From NCBI GenBank assembly GCA_964619555.1, contig CAZUDV010000018.1:3664-67663 (forward strand): a stretch of DNA of 64,000 nt. The letters run 5' to 3'. Each line of letters starts with the position of its first letter. The first letter of the stretch is position 1. A program made the position numbers and the translations under genes. This document shows, in pieces, positions 19,772 through 29,151 of the stretch. The notes under the pieces are model-generated. The model was not told where the DNA came from. It saw only the letters and a list, made by a program, of their open reading frames with translations, and ran no database searches. The stretch is from an uncultured Bacteroidales bacterium. GTDB taxonomy: Bacteria; Bacteroidota; Bacteroidia; Bacteroidales; JAGOPY01.

Positions 19772-20494
19772 ATGAGGATCGTACTGTCCGGATACGGAAA
19801 AATGGGCAAGGTGGTGGAAAAAACAGCCATCCTGAGAGGTCACGAGATCGCCTTTGTGGTCGACCAGCCGGAGCATTGGGAAATCCTGGATCCAGCCATT
19901 TGCAAAGGTTGCACCCTCATCGACTTCAGCCTCCCGGCCGTTGCTGTGTCAAATATAAGGAAAGGCTTCGACCTGGGAATGCCCGTCGTTATTGGCACAA
20001 CGGGATGGAATGACCAACTGGAGACCGTCAGAGAATGGGTCAGGGAAGAGGGAAAAACCCTGTTCTACGCCGCTAATTTCAGCATTGGCGTGAACCTGGT
20101 ATTCGAAATAACAAAGGCCGTGGCAGGTATGATGGACAGGTTCCCGGATTACAACATCTCCATAGAAGAGACCCATCATGTCCATAAAGTTGATGCTCCC
20201 AGCGGAACGGCCATAAAATTGGCGGAGATCATTTTAAAAGAATTAAGGCGGAAACATGGATGGGTCAATTACGAGACCGCCTCGGCGGATGAACTCGGGG
20301 TCATTTCGTTCAGGGAGGATGAGGTGGTCGGGATCCATAGGATTATCTGCGAATCCCTATCGGACAAGATCATACTGACCCATGAGGCCAAAGACAGGAC
20401 CGGCCTGGCTACCGGTGCCGTTATGGCCGCAGAATGGATCCAGGGCAAAACCGGGTTCTTTGAAATGAATGACCTGCTTGTTGCAGGCACTTAG
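19772..20494 (+). CDS. dapB: 4-hydroxy-tetrahydrodipicolinate reductase
   Basis: IEETHHVHKVDAPSGTA signature; 240 aa. Confidence 0.92.
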   Translation: MRIVLSGYGKMGKVVEKTAILRGHEIAFVVDQPEHWEILDPAICKGCTLIDFSLPAVAVSNIRKGFDLGMPVVIGTTGWNDQLETVREWVREEGKTLFYAANFSIGVNLVFEITKAVAGMMDRFPDYNISIEETHHVHKVDAPSGTAIKLAEIILKELRRKHGWVNYETASADELGVISFREDEVVGIHRIICESLSDKIILTHEAKDRTGLATGAVMAAEWIQGKTGFFEMNDLLVAGT

Positions 20495-20574
20495 GGCAGT
20501 TAACAAAAATTAACAGAGCTGTTTAACTATCTATTGCTGTAAATTCGTTACTTTCGCAGGAAATTTTATCCCAC

Positions 20575-22089
20575 ATGAGTTTTTTCCTCATCCTTTCCAT
20601 TATCTTCTTTATTGCTTGTGTCATAGGCCTTTATAAAATTTTCGAAAAGGCAGGTTATCCCGGCTGGAATGCCCTGGTACCGTTTTACAACTTTTACATC
20701 TGGCTCAAGATCATTAAAAAACCCCTCTGGTGGTACATTTTCCTGCTGATTCCATTCATCAATGTCTTCACGATATTGATCATGATCGTGGAGATCTTGA
20801 AGTGCTTTAACAAATTTGGCCTTGGAGCACAGGCACTGGGGGTTATCTTTCCCTTTGCCTACCTTCCCTACCTGGGATTCTCGGAAAAGGAAAAATATGT
20901 GGATCCATCCAAACGACCGGTAATTAAAAAAACCTGGATCCGTGAATGGGTGGATGCCATCATCTTTGCTGTCATTGCTGCCACCATCATCAGGACCTTC
21001 CTGATCGAAGCTTATACCATTCCAACCCCATCCATGGAAAAGACACTGCTGGTGGGGGATTTTCTTTTTGTGAGTAAAATGAGTTACGGACCGCGCAACC
21101 CGATGACCCCGCTGGCCTTTCCATTCGTTCATCATACCCTTCCCCTGACAACTGAAACAAAATCATACCTGGAATGGATCAAACTGCCTTATTACCGCTT
21201 TCCGGGTTTTGGCGAAGTGAAAAGAAACGATGCGGTGGTTTTCAATTACCCCGATGGGGATACGCTATCGCTCAAATTCCAGAGCAACCGCAGTTACTAT
21301 TCACTGGTCCGGGAATTCGGATGGAAAAACGTAAACAGCAATCCGGCTAAATTTGGTAAGATTACCGCCCGGCCGGTGGATAAAAGGGAAAATTATATCA
21401 AACGCTGTGTGGCTGTGGCTGGAGATACCCTTCAGATCATTGACCATCAGGTGTATATCAATAGCGTACCCGCTTCGAATCCGGGCATTCTGCAATATCA
21501 ATACATCGTTAAGGCCGGTGCGAACCAGCTAAATCCCCGCCTTATGGATGAACTCGGCGTAACGGATAAGGTCTGGCCTATCGGACCGGGTGAATTTGTG
21601 GTCACACTGACCGATCAGGCAGCTGCCAGGCTGGCCACTATCAGGGGCATTGAAGGAGTTACCCGCCTGACCGAAACCCCTGGAAAATGGGACCAGGAAA
21701 CATTTCCCTACTCGGAAAAATATCCCTGGAACAGGGATAACTACGGCCCTCTCGTTATTCCAAAAGCCGGAGCAACCGTGCAGTTGACAACGGACAACCT
21801 GCCGCTTTACGAAAGAGTGATCCGGAATTATGAACTGAATGACCTGGCGGTGCGCGACGGCAAAATCTACATCAACGGGCAGGAATCCGGCAGTTATACG
21901 TTTAAAATGAACTACTACTGGATGATGGGGGATAACCGCCACAATTCAGCCGATTCCCGGTACTGGGGTTATGTGCCTGAAGATCATGTGGTGGGTAAAG
22001 CTGTTTTCGTTTGGTTTTCGCTCGATAAGAATAAATCCTTCATGGATGGAAGGATCCGCTGGAACAAGCTGTTCCGGGTGGTTCAATGA
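20575..22089 (+). CDS. lepB: signal peptidase I with an N-terminal multi-TM extension
   Basis: Catalytic Ser box (PTPSMEKTLLVGDFLFVSK) and Lys box region (YIKRCVAVAGD), plus GDNRHNSADSRYWGYVP. The first ~110 aa are a hydrophobic extension. Confidence 0.9.
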   Translation: MSFFLILSIIFFIACVIGLYKIFEKAGYPGWNALVPFYNFYIWLKIIKKPLWWYIFLLIPFINVFTILIMIVEILKCFNKFGLGAQALGVIFPFAYLPYLGFSEKEKYVDPSKRPVIKKTWIREWVDAIIFAVIAATIIRTFLIEAYTIPTPSMEKTLLVGDFLFVSKMSYGPRNPMTPLAFPFVHHTLPLTTETKSYLEWIKLPYYRFPGFGEVKRNDAVVFNYPDGDTLSLKFQSNRSYYSLVREFGWKNVNSNPAKFGKITARPVDKRENYIKRCVAVAGDTLQIIDHQVYINSVPASNPGILQYQYIVKAGANQLNPRLMDELGVTDKVWPIGPGEFVVTLTDQAAARLATIRGIEGVTRLTETPGKWDQETFPYSEKYPWNRDNYGPLVIPKAGATVQLTTDNLPLYERVIRNYELNDLAVRDGKIYINGQESGSYTFKMNYYWMMGDNRHNSADSRYWGYVPEDHVVGKAVFVWFSLDKNKSFMDGRIRWNKLFRVVQ

Positions 22090-22129
22090 TTTATAAATTC
22101 ATCAACCAATTAACACTAATACTATAATT

Positions 22130-22798
22130 ATGAAAAAGCCTCTAATCGTTAGTTTCCTTTTGTCAGCCATTTTCCTCTTCTCTTCCTTTATGGCTTCAGC
22201 CAAGGAATTTAAAGGTGTGATCACATACAAGGTCACCATTTCCGGAAGCGGAGTTACGGAAGAAATGAAGAATATGATGCCCAAGACCATGATCATGTCC
22301 ATCAAGGGCAACAAAGCCAGGACCGAGATGACCATGATGATGGGCAAAACCGTTTCGATCACGGATGGCGATGCTAAAACCAATACCACGCTCATGGATA
22401 TGATGGGCCAGAAAATTGCCGTTCAGTCGACATCTGAAGAAATAGCCAAGGAAATTGAAAAATCTCCTAAAACCACCGTCAACATAACCGGTGAAACAAA
22501 GGATATCCTGGGTTATACGTGCAAGAAAGCCATCATTACCTTTGAAGAGGAAGATCTGGAAATCATTGTTTATTATACGGATGAGCTTGGCTCGCAGGCA
22601 TTGAATTTCGATAATCCGCAGTTCAAGGATATCGATGGCGTGATGCTGGAGTTTGAAATCCCCAATGAGCAGTTCAGCATGCAGTTCACAGCTTCCTCAA
22701 TAGAAAAGACCAATGTGGATGACAGCGCTTTCACCATCCCGGAAGGATACCAGGTGAAAACCAAAGAAGAAATGCAGGGCATGTTCGGAGGATTTTAA
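22130..22798 (+). CDS. secreted hypothetical protein with a Met-rich segment (possibly a DUF4412/LolA-like fold)
   Basis: Signal peptide (LLSAIFLFSSFMASA). No catalytic motif recognised. 12 Met in about 52 aa. Confidence 0.55.
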   Translation: MKKPLIVSFLLSAIFLFSSFMASAKEFKGVITYKVTISGSGVTEEMKNMMPKTMIMSIKGNKARTEMTMMMGKTVSITDGDAKTNTTLMDMMGQKIAVQSTSEEIAKEIEKSPKTTVNITGETKDILGYTCKKAIITFEEEDLEIIVYYTDELGSQALNFDNPQFKDIDGVMLEFEIPNEQFSMQFTASSIEKTNVDDSAFTIPEGYQVKTKEEMQGMFGGF

Positions 22799-25192
22799 AT
22801 GGTGAAACAGGCAAACCAGAACAGGCCGAAAGAAAATAAAACCACCAGGAAAGAAAGATCCCGCAACCGGGAAAAGAATCATTTGCGCCTGCCGGCCGCT
22901 ATCACCGACGGCAGGTTTGCCAGGGTAACGGGATTTTTCATTCTCCTCTTGGGGGCCTATCTGCTATTGTCTTTTTCTTCCTATCTCCTGACCTGGAAAT
23001 TCGACAGCAGTATCCTGGGCAACCATGATGCCTCCTTTATTTTCGATTCCTCGGCCAGTGTTCATAACTGGACCGGGAAACTGGGTGCCTGGCTGGCCCA
23101 TTTCTTTATTATGCGGGGAATAGGCATCTCAGCATTTCTGATCCTGTTCCTGCTGTTCCTGATGGGATTCCGGATGATGACCGGCACGATGCTGCTGCCA
23201 ATCTTCAAATCGGTGAGGTATTCCTTGCTGGCTATCCTCTGGTTATCCGTCACTCTGGGATTTTCCCTCGGCAATGACCCTGATCTGGCCCTGCTGGGCG
23301 GTGTTTTCGGTTACGAAGCGTCCAACTGGCTCGTCAGTATTGTCGGGAAACCAGGCACTCTCCTGCTGCTGGTTTTCATTTTCGTCAGCTTCCTGATCTT
23401 TGTGAATCTTTTCCCCGCCCTTCGCCGAAAGAGGGAAAAAGAGGCGGAAGCAGATCTGGCAACAGGAAATCAACCCCTGGAAGATGTATACAATACCCGT
23501 GAATTCGCCGTGGATCAGGAAGAAAGGCCCCATGAACATGAATTCACTTTAAAGGAAAGGGATGACCAGCCCAAAGCTCCCGAAAAATCTGATAAAGATA
23601 TAGAGCTCACCATCGAGAAAGTGGCCGTGCCCGATTCCGGCCGCCAGGAAGGTCCCGTTTACGGCACCCTCGAAACACCCTATGATCCGACACTCGACCT
23701 GCCTCATTACAAATATCCGACCCTGGACCTTCTGAATGACTACAGCGGGGAAACGGTCATGGTGGCCAAGGAAGAACTGGAGCAAAACAAGGACAGGATC
23801 GTTGAAACCCTGAACAATTACGCCATCCGGATTGATAAGATCAAGGCCACCATCGGCCCTGCCGTGACCCTTTACGAGATCATCCCGGCGCCGGGCGTTC
23901 GTATTTCCAGGATCAAGAACCTGGAGGACGATATCGCGCTTTCCCTCTCCGCTCTGGGGATCCGGATCATCGCACCTATCCCGGGCAAGGGCACCATCGG
24001 TATTGAAGTGCCCAATATGAAGCCGGAGATTGTATCAGTAAAATCCCTGCTGGCTTCCGACAGGTTCCGGAATTCAGTATTCGATTTGCCTATTGCACTG
24101 GGTAAAACGATTTCCAACGAAAGCTACATTGCGGACCTGACCAAGATGCCACACATCCTGATGGCAGGAGCAACGGGCCAGGGCAAATCCGTCGGATTAA
24201 ATGCCATCATACTTTCATTGCTATACAAAAAGCACCCTTCCCAGATCAAATTCGTGCTGGTTGACCCGAAAAAAGTGGAACTTACCCTGTTCTCCAAGAT
24301 AGAAAGGCATTTCCTGGCCAAACTTCCCGATTCGGAAGAAGCCATTGTTACGGATACGCGAAAAGTGGTCCGTACCCTGAACTCCCTCGGGGTTGAGATG
24401 GATAGCCGTTACCAGCTCCTCAAGGATGCCCAGGTCCGGAATATCAAAGAGTACAATACGAAATTCATATCCAGGAAACTGAATCCCAATGAAGGCCATC
24501 ATTTTATGCCCTACATCATTGTGGTCGTGGATGAATTTGCTGACCTGATCATGACTGCGGGACGGGAGATCGAAACACCGCTTACCCGCCTGGCGCAACT
24601 GGCCAGGGCCACCGGCATCCATCTGGTGATCGCTACTCAAAGGCCTTCTGTCAACATTATCACAGGGACGATCAAGGCAAATTTCCCTGCGCGTATCGCC
24701 TACCGCGTGATATCCAAGGTCGACTCCAGGACGATCCTCGACGGCAGCGGGGCGGATCAGCTCGTCGGCCGGGGCGACATGCTCCTTTCGACCGGAAGCG
24801 ACCTCATCCGTCTTCAATGCGCTTTTGTCGACACACCGGAGGTGGATAAGGTCACTGAATTCATCGGTTCCCAGAGGGGATATCCGGATGCCTTCCACCT
24901 GCCCGAATATTACGATGAATCCGATGAGATCGAAAAGGGCGACTTCGATCCCAATGAAAGGGATGAACTCTTTGAAGATGCAGCCAGGATCATCGTACAG
25001 CATCAGCAGGGCTCCACCTCACTCATCCAGCGAAAACTGAAACTGGGCTATAACCGCGCCGGCCGTATCATCGACCAGCTCGAAGCCGCAGGGATCGTCG
25101 GACCGTTCGAAGGTTCCAAAGCCCGGGAAGTCCTGGTAGCAAACGAAATGGCTTTGGAACAGTTTTTGAGAGACCTGAATGACAGAAGATAA
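22799..25192 (+). CDS. ftsK: DNA translocase FtsK/SpoIIIE
   Basis: N-terminal TM helices, a linker, a motor domain (GATGQGKSVGLNAIILSL; VVVDEFADL; ATQRPS) and a gamma wHTH (STSLIQRKLKLGYNRAGRIIDQLE). Confidence 0.95.
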   Translation: MVKQANQNRPKENKTTRKERSRNREKNHLRLPAAITDGRFARVTGFFILLLGAYLLLSFSSYLLTWKFDSSILGNHDASFIFDSSASVHNWTGKLGAWLAHFFIMRGIGISAFLILFLLFLMGFRMMTGTMLLPIFKSVRYSLLAILWLSVTLGFSLGNDPDLALLGGVFGYEASNWLVSIVGKPGTLLLLVFIFVSFLIFVNLFPALRRKREKEAEADLATGNQPLEDVYNTREFAVDQEERPHEHEFTLKERDDQPKAPEKSDKDIELTIEKVAVPDSGRQEGPVYGTLETPYDPTLDLPHYKYPTLDLLNDYSGETVMVAKEELEQNKDRIVETLNNYAIRIDKIKATIGPAVTLYEIIPAPGVRISRIKNLEDDIALSLSALGIRIIAPIPGKGTIGIEVPNMKPEIVSVKSLLASDRFRNSVFDLPIALGKTISNESYIADLTKMPHILMAGATGQGKSVGLNAIILSLLYKKHPSQIKFVLVDPKKVELTLFSKIERHFLAKLPDSEEAIVTDTRKVVRTLNSLGVEMDSRYQLLKDAQVRNIKEYNTKFISRKLNPNEGHHFMPYIIVVVDEFADLIMTAGREIETPLTRLAQLARATGIHLVIATQRPSVNIITGTIKANFPARIAYRVISKVDSRTILDGSGADQLVGRGDMLLSTGSDLIRLQCAFVDTPEVDKVTEFIGSQRGYPDAFHLPEYYDESDEIEKGDFDPNERDELFEDAARIIVQHQQGSTSLIQRKLKLGYNRAGRIIDQLEAAGIVGPFEGSKAREVLVANEMALEQFLRDLNDRR

Positions 25193-25217
25193 TACCTGAC
25201 ACAAATAACGAGATTAT

Positions 25218-25241
25218 TTAACAGCTTAACAACTTAACATT
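25218..25241. repeat. 3 x 8-bp tandem units TTAACANN
   Basis: ttaacagc|ttaacaac|ttaacatt, between the ftsK stop and the lolA-like start. Confidence 0.7.
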
Positions 25242-25252
25242 TCCCCAACCCG

Positions 25253-25897
25253 ATGAAACTCCTCAGAATAATAATACTTTCCGCCTTGATAGCCGTTTCC
25301 CCGGCAATATTATCCCAGAATAAAGCCACTTCGGAAGACGTTTTAAAAACCGTGGCCGACAAAACCAAATCTTATTCCTCCGTTAAGGTCAATTTCACTT
25401 ACAACATGGACAATCCCGGCGCCCAGGTCCACGAATCGGAAACCGGAACGTTACTGGTGAAAGGCGACAAGTATCGCCTGGATATTGCCGGCCAGACTGT
25501 CATCTGCGATGCAACGACAACATGGACCTATATTGGCGATGCCAACGAAGTACAGATCAATTCAGTGGAAGACGATGAAAGCATTATAACCCCTACCCGC
25601 CTGTTTAGTTCTTATTCCGATGACTATAAGTCGAAGATTACCGGAGAAGTCACAAAAAACGGAAAAGCCCAGTATGTCATTGAACTGAAACCGAATACCG
25701 TAAAGACGGTCACCGGTGTGGAAATGAACATTGATAAGGAGCTGATGCGGATTATGCGCATTGCCATCCAGGATAAAAATGGCAATACATTTACGTATAT
25801 CGTGAACAAGTTCGAAACCAATGTCCCGGTAAAAGATACCGATTTCAGCTTCAATGCCAAGGATTACCCGGGAGTCGAGATCATCGACATGAGATAA
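25253..25897 (+). CDS. LolA-like outer-membrane lipoprotein carrier protein
   Basis: Signal peptide, about 210 aa, and a position directly after ftsK as in many bacteria. The LolA-like beta-rich pattern was judged by eye. Confidence 0.7.
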   Translation: MKLLRIIILSALIAVSPAILSQNKATSEDVLKTVADKTKSYSSVKVNFTYNMDNPGAQVHESETGTLLVKGDKYRLDIAGQTVICDATTTWTYIGDANEVQINSVEDDESIITPTRLFSSYSDDYKSKITGEVTKNGKAQYVIELKPNTVKTVTGVEMNIDKELMRIMRIAIQDKNGNTFTYIVNKFETNVPVKDTDFSFNAKDYPGVEIIDMR

Positions 25898-25926
25898 TAT
25901 TTTGCCGTATTTTAAACCTTTCCCCG

Positions 25927-26511
25927 GTGGCAGAGTCAAATGACACATTGACCAAATCCACCCGGTTGCAACAGGATGAAAAGGAAATACTTCGCCTGAT
26001 CCGTGATGAGAACTCCCGGAAAACAGGATTCAATAAACTGGTAACCAGGTATCAGGAAGATGTTTATTGGCTTATCCGGAGGATGGTGGTCAACCACGAC
26101 GATGCTGACGACCTGACCCAGGAAACATTCCTTAAGATCTGGAAAAATTTATCTCAATTTCGTGGGGATTCTTCCCTGTTCACCTGGATTTACAGGATAG
26201 CCACCAATGAAGCCCTGATCTTTCTCCGGAAGAAAAAACTGAACAGGCTGTTCTCCCTTGACCTTGCCAGGAATAATCTTTCCCTGTCGGTTCAAAACAC
26301 TGCCTTTTACCAGGGTGATGAAATTCAGACACGATTTCAGAATGCGGTTATGAGTTTGCCCGACAAGCAAAGGCTTGTTTTCAACATGAAATACTACGAT
26401 GAAATTACCTTCGATGAAATGAGCGAGATCACCGGCACGTCAGCTGGCGCACTCAAAGCATCTTACCATCATGCGGTAAAAAAAATCCAGAAAATCATAA
26501 CCACGGGATAA
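25927..26511 (+). CDS. ECF-type RNA polymerase sigma factor
   Basis: ADDLTQETFLKIW, WIYRIATNEALIFLRK and a region-4 HTH (ITFDEMSEITGTSAGALKASYHHAVKKI). GTG start. Confidence 0.85.
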   Translation: MAESNDTLTKSTRLQQDEKEILRLIRDENSRKTGFNKLVTRYQEDVYWLIRRMVVNHDDADDLTQETFLKIWKNLSQFRGDSSLFTWIYRIATNEALIFLRKKKLNRLFSLDLARNNLSLSVQNTAFYQGDEIQTRFQNAVMSLPDKQRLVFNMKYYDEITFDEMSEITGTSAGALKASYHHAVKKIQKIITTG

Positions 26512-26543
26512 ACCATTCAGGATTAAGAGTATCTAAAAAAGAT

Positions 26544-27032
26544 ATGAATGTTGATAAAGAACATAAAAAATTAGCAGATGGCCGGAATGATGACCTTCCC
26601 GGGAATCTCAAAGCCAACCCTTTTTCGGTACCGGAGGGTTATTTCAGGGACTTTCCTGAAAAAATTGCTCAAAGGATTGAAAATGAAGGGCGTAACCAAT
26701 CATCCCGTGTTATCAGAGTGAAACGGAGGACCTGGCTGGCAGCCGCTGCGGTGGTGATCATCCTGGTGACCGGATCTATCTTTCTCTTCCCTGATCAGGA
26801 TCCCCATGAAACGCGGATGATCTCCTATTCGTCTATTAGCCTTCAGGACATCGAAGAGGCCGGTATCCTGGTTAACCTGGAGGATTTCACCCTGGTCGAT
26901 TATTTTCCGGAAGAAGATATCGCCGGTCTGCAGAATGAAATCCTTGAAGGCAATACGGAGTTCTCCCGGCAGGATATTGAACAGTTCCTGCTGCAAAGCA
27001 ACGAAATTGAGCATCTCATAAATAATTACTAA
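26544..27032 (+). CDS. putative single-pass membrane anti-sigma factor
   Basis: It immediately follows the sigma gene and has one TM helix (TWLAAAAVVIILVTGSIFLF). No sequence motif recognised. Confidence 0.45.
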   Translation: MNVDKEHKKLADGRNDDLPGNLKANPFSVPEGYFRDFPEKIAQRIENEGRNQSSRVIRVKRRTWLAAAAVVIILVTGSIFLFPDQDPHETRMISYSSISLQDIEEAGILVNLEDFTLVDYFPEEDIAGLQNEILEGNTEFSRQDIEQFLLQSNEIEHLINNY

Positions 27033-27044
27033 TCTCAAAATATC

Positions 27045-27521
27045 ATGAGAAAATATATTTTAACCGCATTCCTTATCATCTCCGCCAACAGCGTGGTGTT
27101 AGCCCAGCCCGGCCATGGCGCCGAAGGAAAACGGGAAAAAATCAGGGCGCTGAAAGTCGCTTACATCACTGACCAGTTACAGCTGACTCCCGAAGAGGCC
27201 CAGAAATTCTGGCCTGTCTATAATGAATTTGATGAGAAAAGACATGGGCTGGAGATGGAAATTGCAGCGCCAATGCAGGACAAAAGGCCTGACATTGCCC
27301 TGATGACAGATGAAGAGGTCAACCTCTTCCTGCAACAAAGGTTGGTGAGGGAAGAACAGATCCTGAATCTCAAGAAAGAATACCTGGCGAAATTCAAAGA
27401 GGTTTTGCCTGTTAAAAAAGTATTCCGGCTTTATGAAGCCGAAATGGGATTTAAAAGAATGCTTCTGGAAAGGCTCCAGGATAGCCAGCGTCATCCATAT
27501 GACCCGGATAAGCCTGAATAG
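27045..27521 (+). CDS. periplasmic helical Spy/CpxP-like protein (third gene of the sigma module)
   Basis: Signal peptide and LTPEEAQKFWPVYNEFDEKR-type helical repeats. Confidence 0.5.
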   Translation: MRKYILTAFLIISANSVVLAQPGHGAEGKREKIRALKVAYITDQLQLTPEEAQKFWPVYNEFDEKRHGLEMEIAAPMQDKRPDIALMTDEEVNLFLQQRLVREEQILNLKKEYLAKFKEVLPVKKVFRLYEAEMGFKRMLLERLQDSQRHPYDPDKPE

Positions 27522-27524
27522 AGA

Positions 27525-28088
27525 CTAATTACCGGCTTCCCATTCCAGGTATTCATCCAAAAGGCTGACAGTCGTTTCATCGGGATAAGTCACTTCCGTA
27601 GTAAGTGTAAGCTTTTTACCACCCGGTTCCCAGAATACAATGGGCATGACATCTCCTCCATATTCTCCATTTGATTCTGAATAGTATTCTGAATCAAGCG
27701 AATAGCAACCCAGGCAATACATAAAAGGACCTTTATCCTTATGCTGGTACAATTTTGCTCCTTTCAGGTCGGAAAACTCATAAACGGCCTCGCCGCAAAG
27801 TACTCCGTTTTCCTCAAACAACCTTTTGCTGGATAAAGTGGCATCCGGGAAAGAATTGATGAGTTCCTCCCCATCATAATAATCATTGAGCAATGTCTGG
27901 AAATCCTCTTCCGAAATATCGAGCGTATCGTCCATGATCGACATGATATTGATGTATTTGATAGTCAGGCGGCCCGAATTGTCGCCGGTCAGTTCAAAGG
28001 TATATTCCTTCTTTTCACAGGTCAGGCAACCGCTCAGGAAAAGCACTACCATGACAAGCGTAGCCCAGATCAGATAAGATTTTTTCAT
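27525..28088 (-). CDS. hypothetical lipoprotein
   Basis: Signal peptide with a lipobox-like FLSGC. No other motif recognised. Confidence 0.55.
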   Translation of the reverse strand: MKKSYLIWATLVMVVLFLSGCLTCEKKEYTFELTGDNSGRLTIKYINIMSIMDDTLDISEEDFQTLLNDYYDGEELINSFPDATLSSKRLFEENGVLCGEAVYEFSDLKGAKLYQHKDKGPFMYCLGCYSLDSEYYSESNGEYGGDVMPIVFWEPGGKKLTLTTEVTYPDETTVSLLDEYLEWEAGN

Positions 28089-28166
28089 TGAATTGAAATT
28101 AATTGAGTGGATACTAGTAACAAATGTATGGATATAGTCCTTTGATTTTCATTCCTGCATTATTTT

Positions 28167-28174
28167 TAATTTTG
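28167..28174 (+). promoter_or_regulatory. candidate -7 box (TAATTTTG)
   Basis: Exact TAnnTTTG match 17 nt upstream of the ATG at 28191. Confidence 0.4.
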
Positions 28175-28190
28175 CCTGAGAAAAAAAATT

Positions 28191-28445
28191 ATGAAAACTT
28201 CAGTTGAAATCAGTTATTATCCGCTGGATCAGGAATATGTACCCCCGATCCGGGACTTCATCACCAGGATCAACCAGTATGAAGGCCTGACAGCCAGGAC
28301 CAATGGCATGAGCACCCAGGTCTTCGGAGAATACGACCTTGTCATGGCAGCGCTGGTGAAAGAAATTAAGACTTCGTTTGACAATCCTCATTCTGTATTC
28401 GTCATGAAGGTCATCAATGCCGACCTGAACAATACCGGCGGTTAA
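28191..28445 (+). CDS. small YkoF/MTH1187-like (thiamine-binding family) protein
   Basis: 84 aa; the opening SVEISYYPL...Y...I..FI and overall size resemble the MTH1187/YkoF family. Recognised by eye only. Confidence 0.5.
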   Translation: MKTSVEISYYPLDQEYVPPIRDFITRINQYEGLTARTNGMSTQVFGEYDLVMAALVKEIKTSFDNPHSVFVMKVINADLNNTGG

Positions 28446-29071
28446 TGATCGAACTTTCCATTTTTCAGACTCTTTACCATAATATCCTGGATTCCTCCTG
28501 GCTGGAAGGAGTGGCCGTATTGTTCGGTTTACTGAGTGTCTGGTACGCCAAAAAGGAGAAAATCCTGGTTTATCCGACAGGGATCATCAATGTCCTGATT
28601 TATGTCTATATCTGTTACAAAGTGAAATTATATGCTGATATGGGCATAAACGCTTTTTATTTCGTCATGAGCGTTTACGGGTGGTTCAAGTGGAGTATGA
28701 AGATGGAAGACAAACAGGTCAGGCCGATCACATATTGCAAACGCAAAGAATGGATCCTCAGCCTGTCAGGGACAATGGTCTTCTTCATCATACTCGTTTA
28801 TGTACTGAAAAACCATACCGACAGCAATGTTCCCATCTGGGATGCGCTGACCACGGCCATCTTCATCATCGGCATGTGGCTCATGGCCTTTAAAAAAGTC
28901 GAGAACTGGCTTTTCTGGATCGCAGGTGACCTCATCAGCATCCCTCTTTATGCCAGCAAAGGGCTGGTGCTGACAAGCTTACAGTTCACGGTTTTCCTCG
29001 CCCTTGCGGTAGCAGGATACCTGGAATGGAGATCGAGGTACCGGTTTCAACATTCAACACTGCGTTCATAG
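28445..29071 (+). CDS. pnuC: PnuC-family nicotinamide riboside transporter
   Basis: About 7 TM helices with WY motifs typical of PnuC (LSVWYAKKEKILVYPTGIIN, ENWLFWIAGDLISIPLY). 1-nt overlap with the upstream gene. Confidence 0.85.
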   Translation: MIELSIFQTLYHNILDSSWLEGVAVLFGLLSVWYAKKEKILVYPTGIINVLIYVYICYKVKLYADMGINAFYFVMSVYGWFKWSMKMEDKQVRPITYCKRKEWILSLSGTMVFFIILVYVLKNHTDSNVPIWDALTTAIFIIGMWLMAFKKVENWLFWIAGDLISIPLYASKGLVLTSLQFTVFLALAVAGYLEWRSRYRFQHSTLRS

Positions 29072-29116
29072 CTGCGGCACAACAGATCCACTCCCTGCCA
29101 TTTCACTTTAAAACTT

Positions 29117-29151
29117 AACTTTGAACTCTGAACTCTGAACTTTGAACTTAA
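29117..29151. repeat. 5 x 7-bp tandem units AACT[T/C]TG (last unit AACTTAA)
   Basis: aactttg|aactctg|aactctg|aactttg|aacttaa. The TTG start (29142) of the next gene lies inside unit 4. Confidence 0.9.

Noticed and set aside
28089-28190. Possible TPP riboswitch upstream of the YkoF-like/PnuC operon.
   Set aside because: Only a ctgaga word is present, 10 nt before the ATG. There is no THI-box-like pairing partner or pyrimidine-sensor helix, and only ~100 nt is available, which also holds a -7 box.
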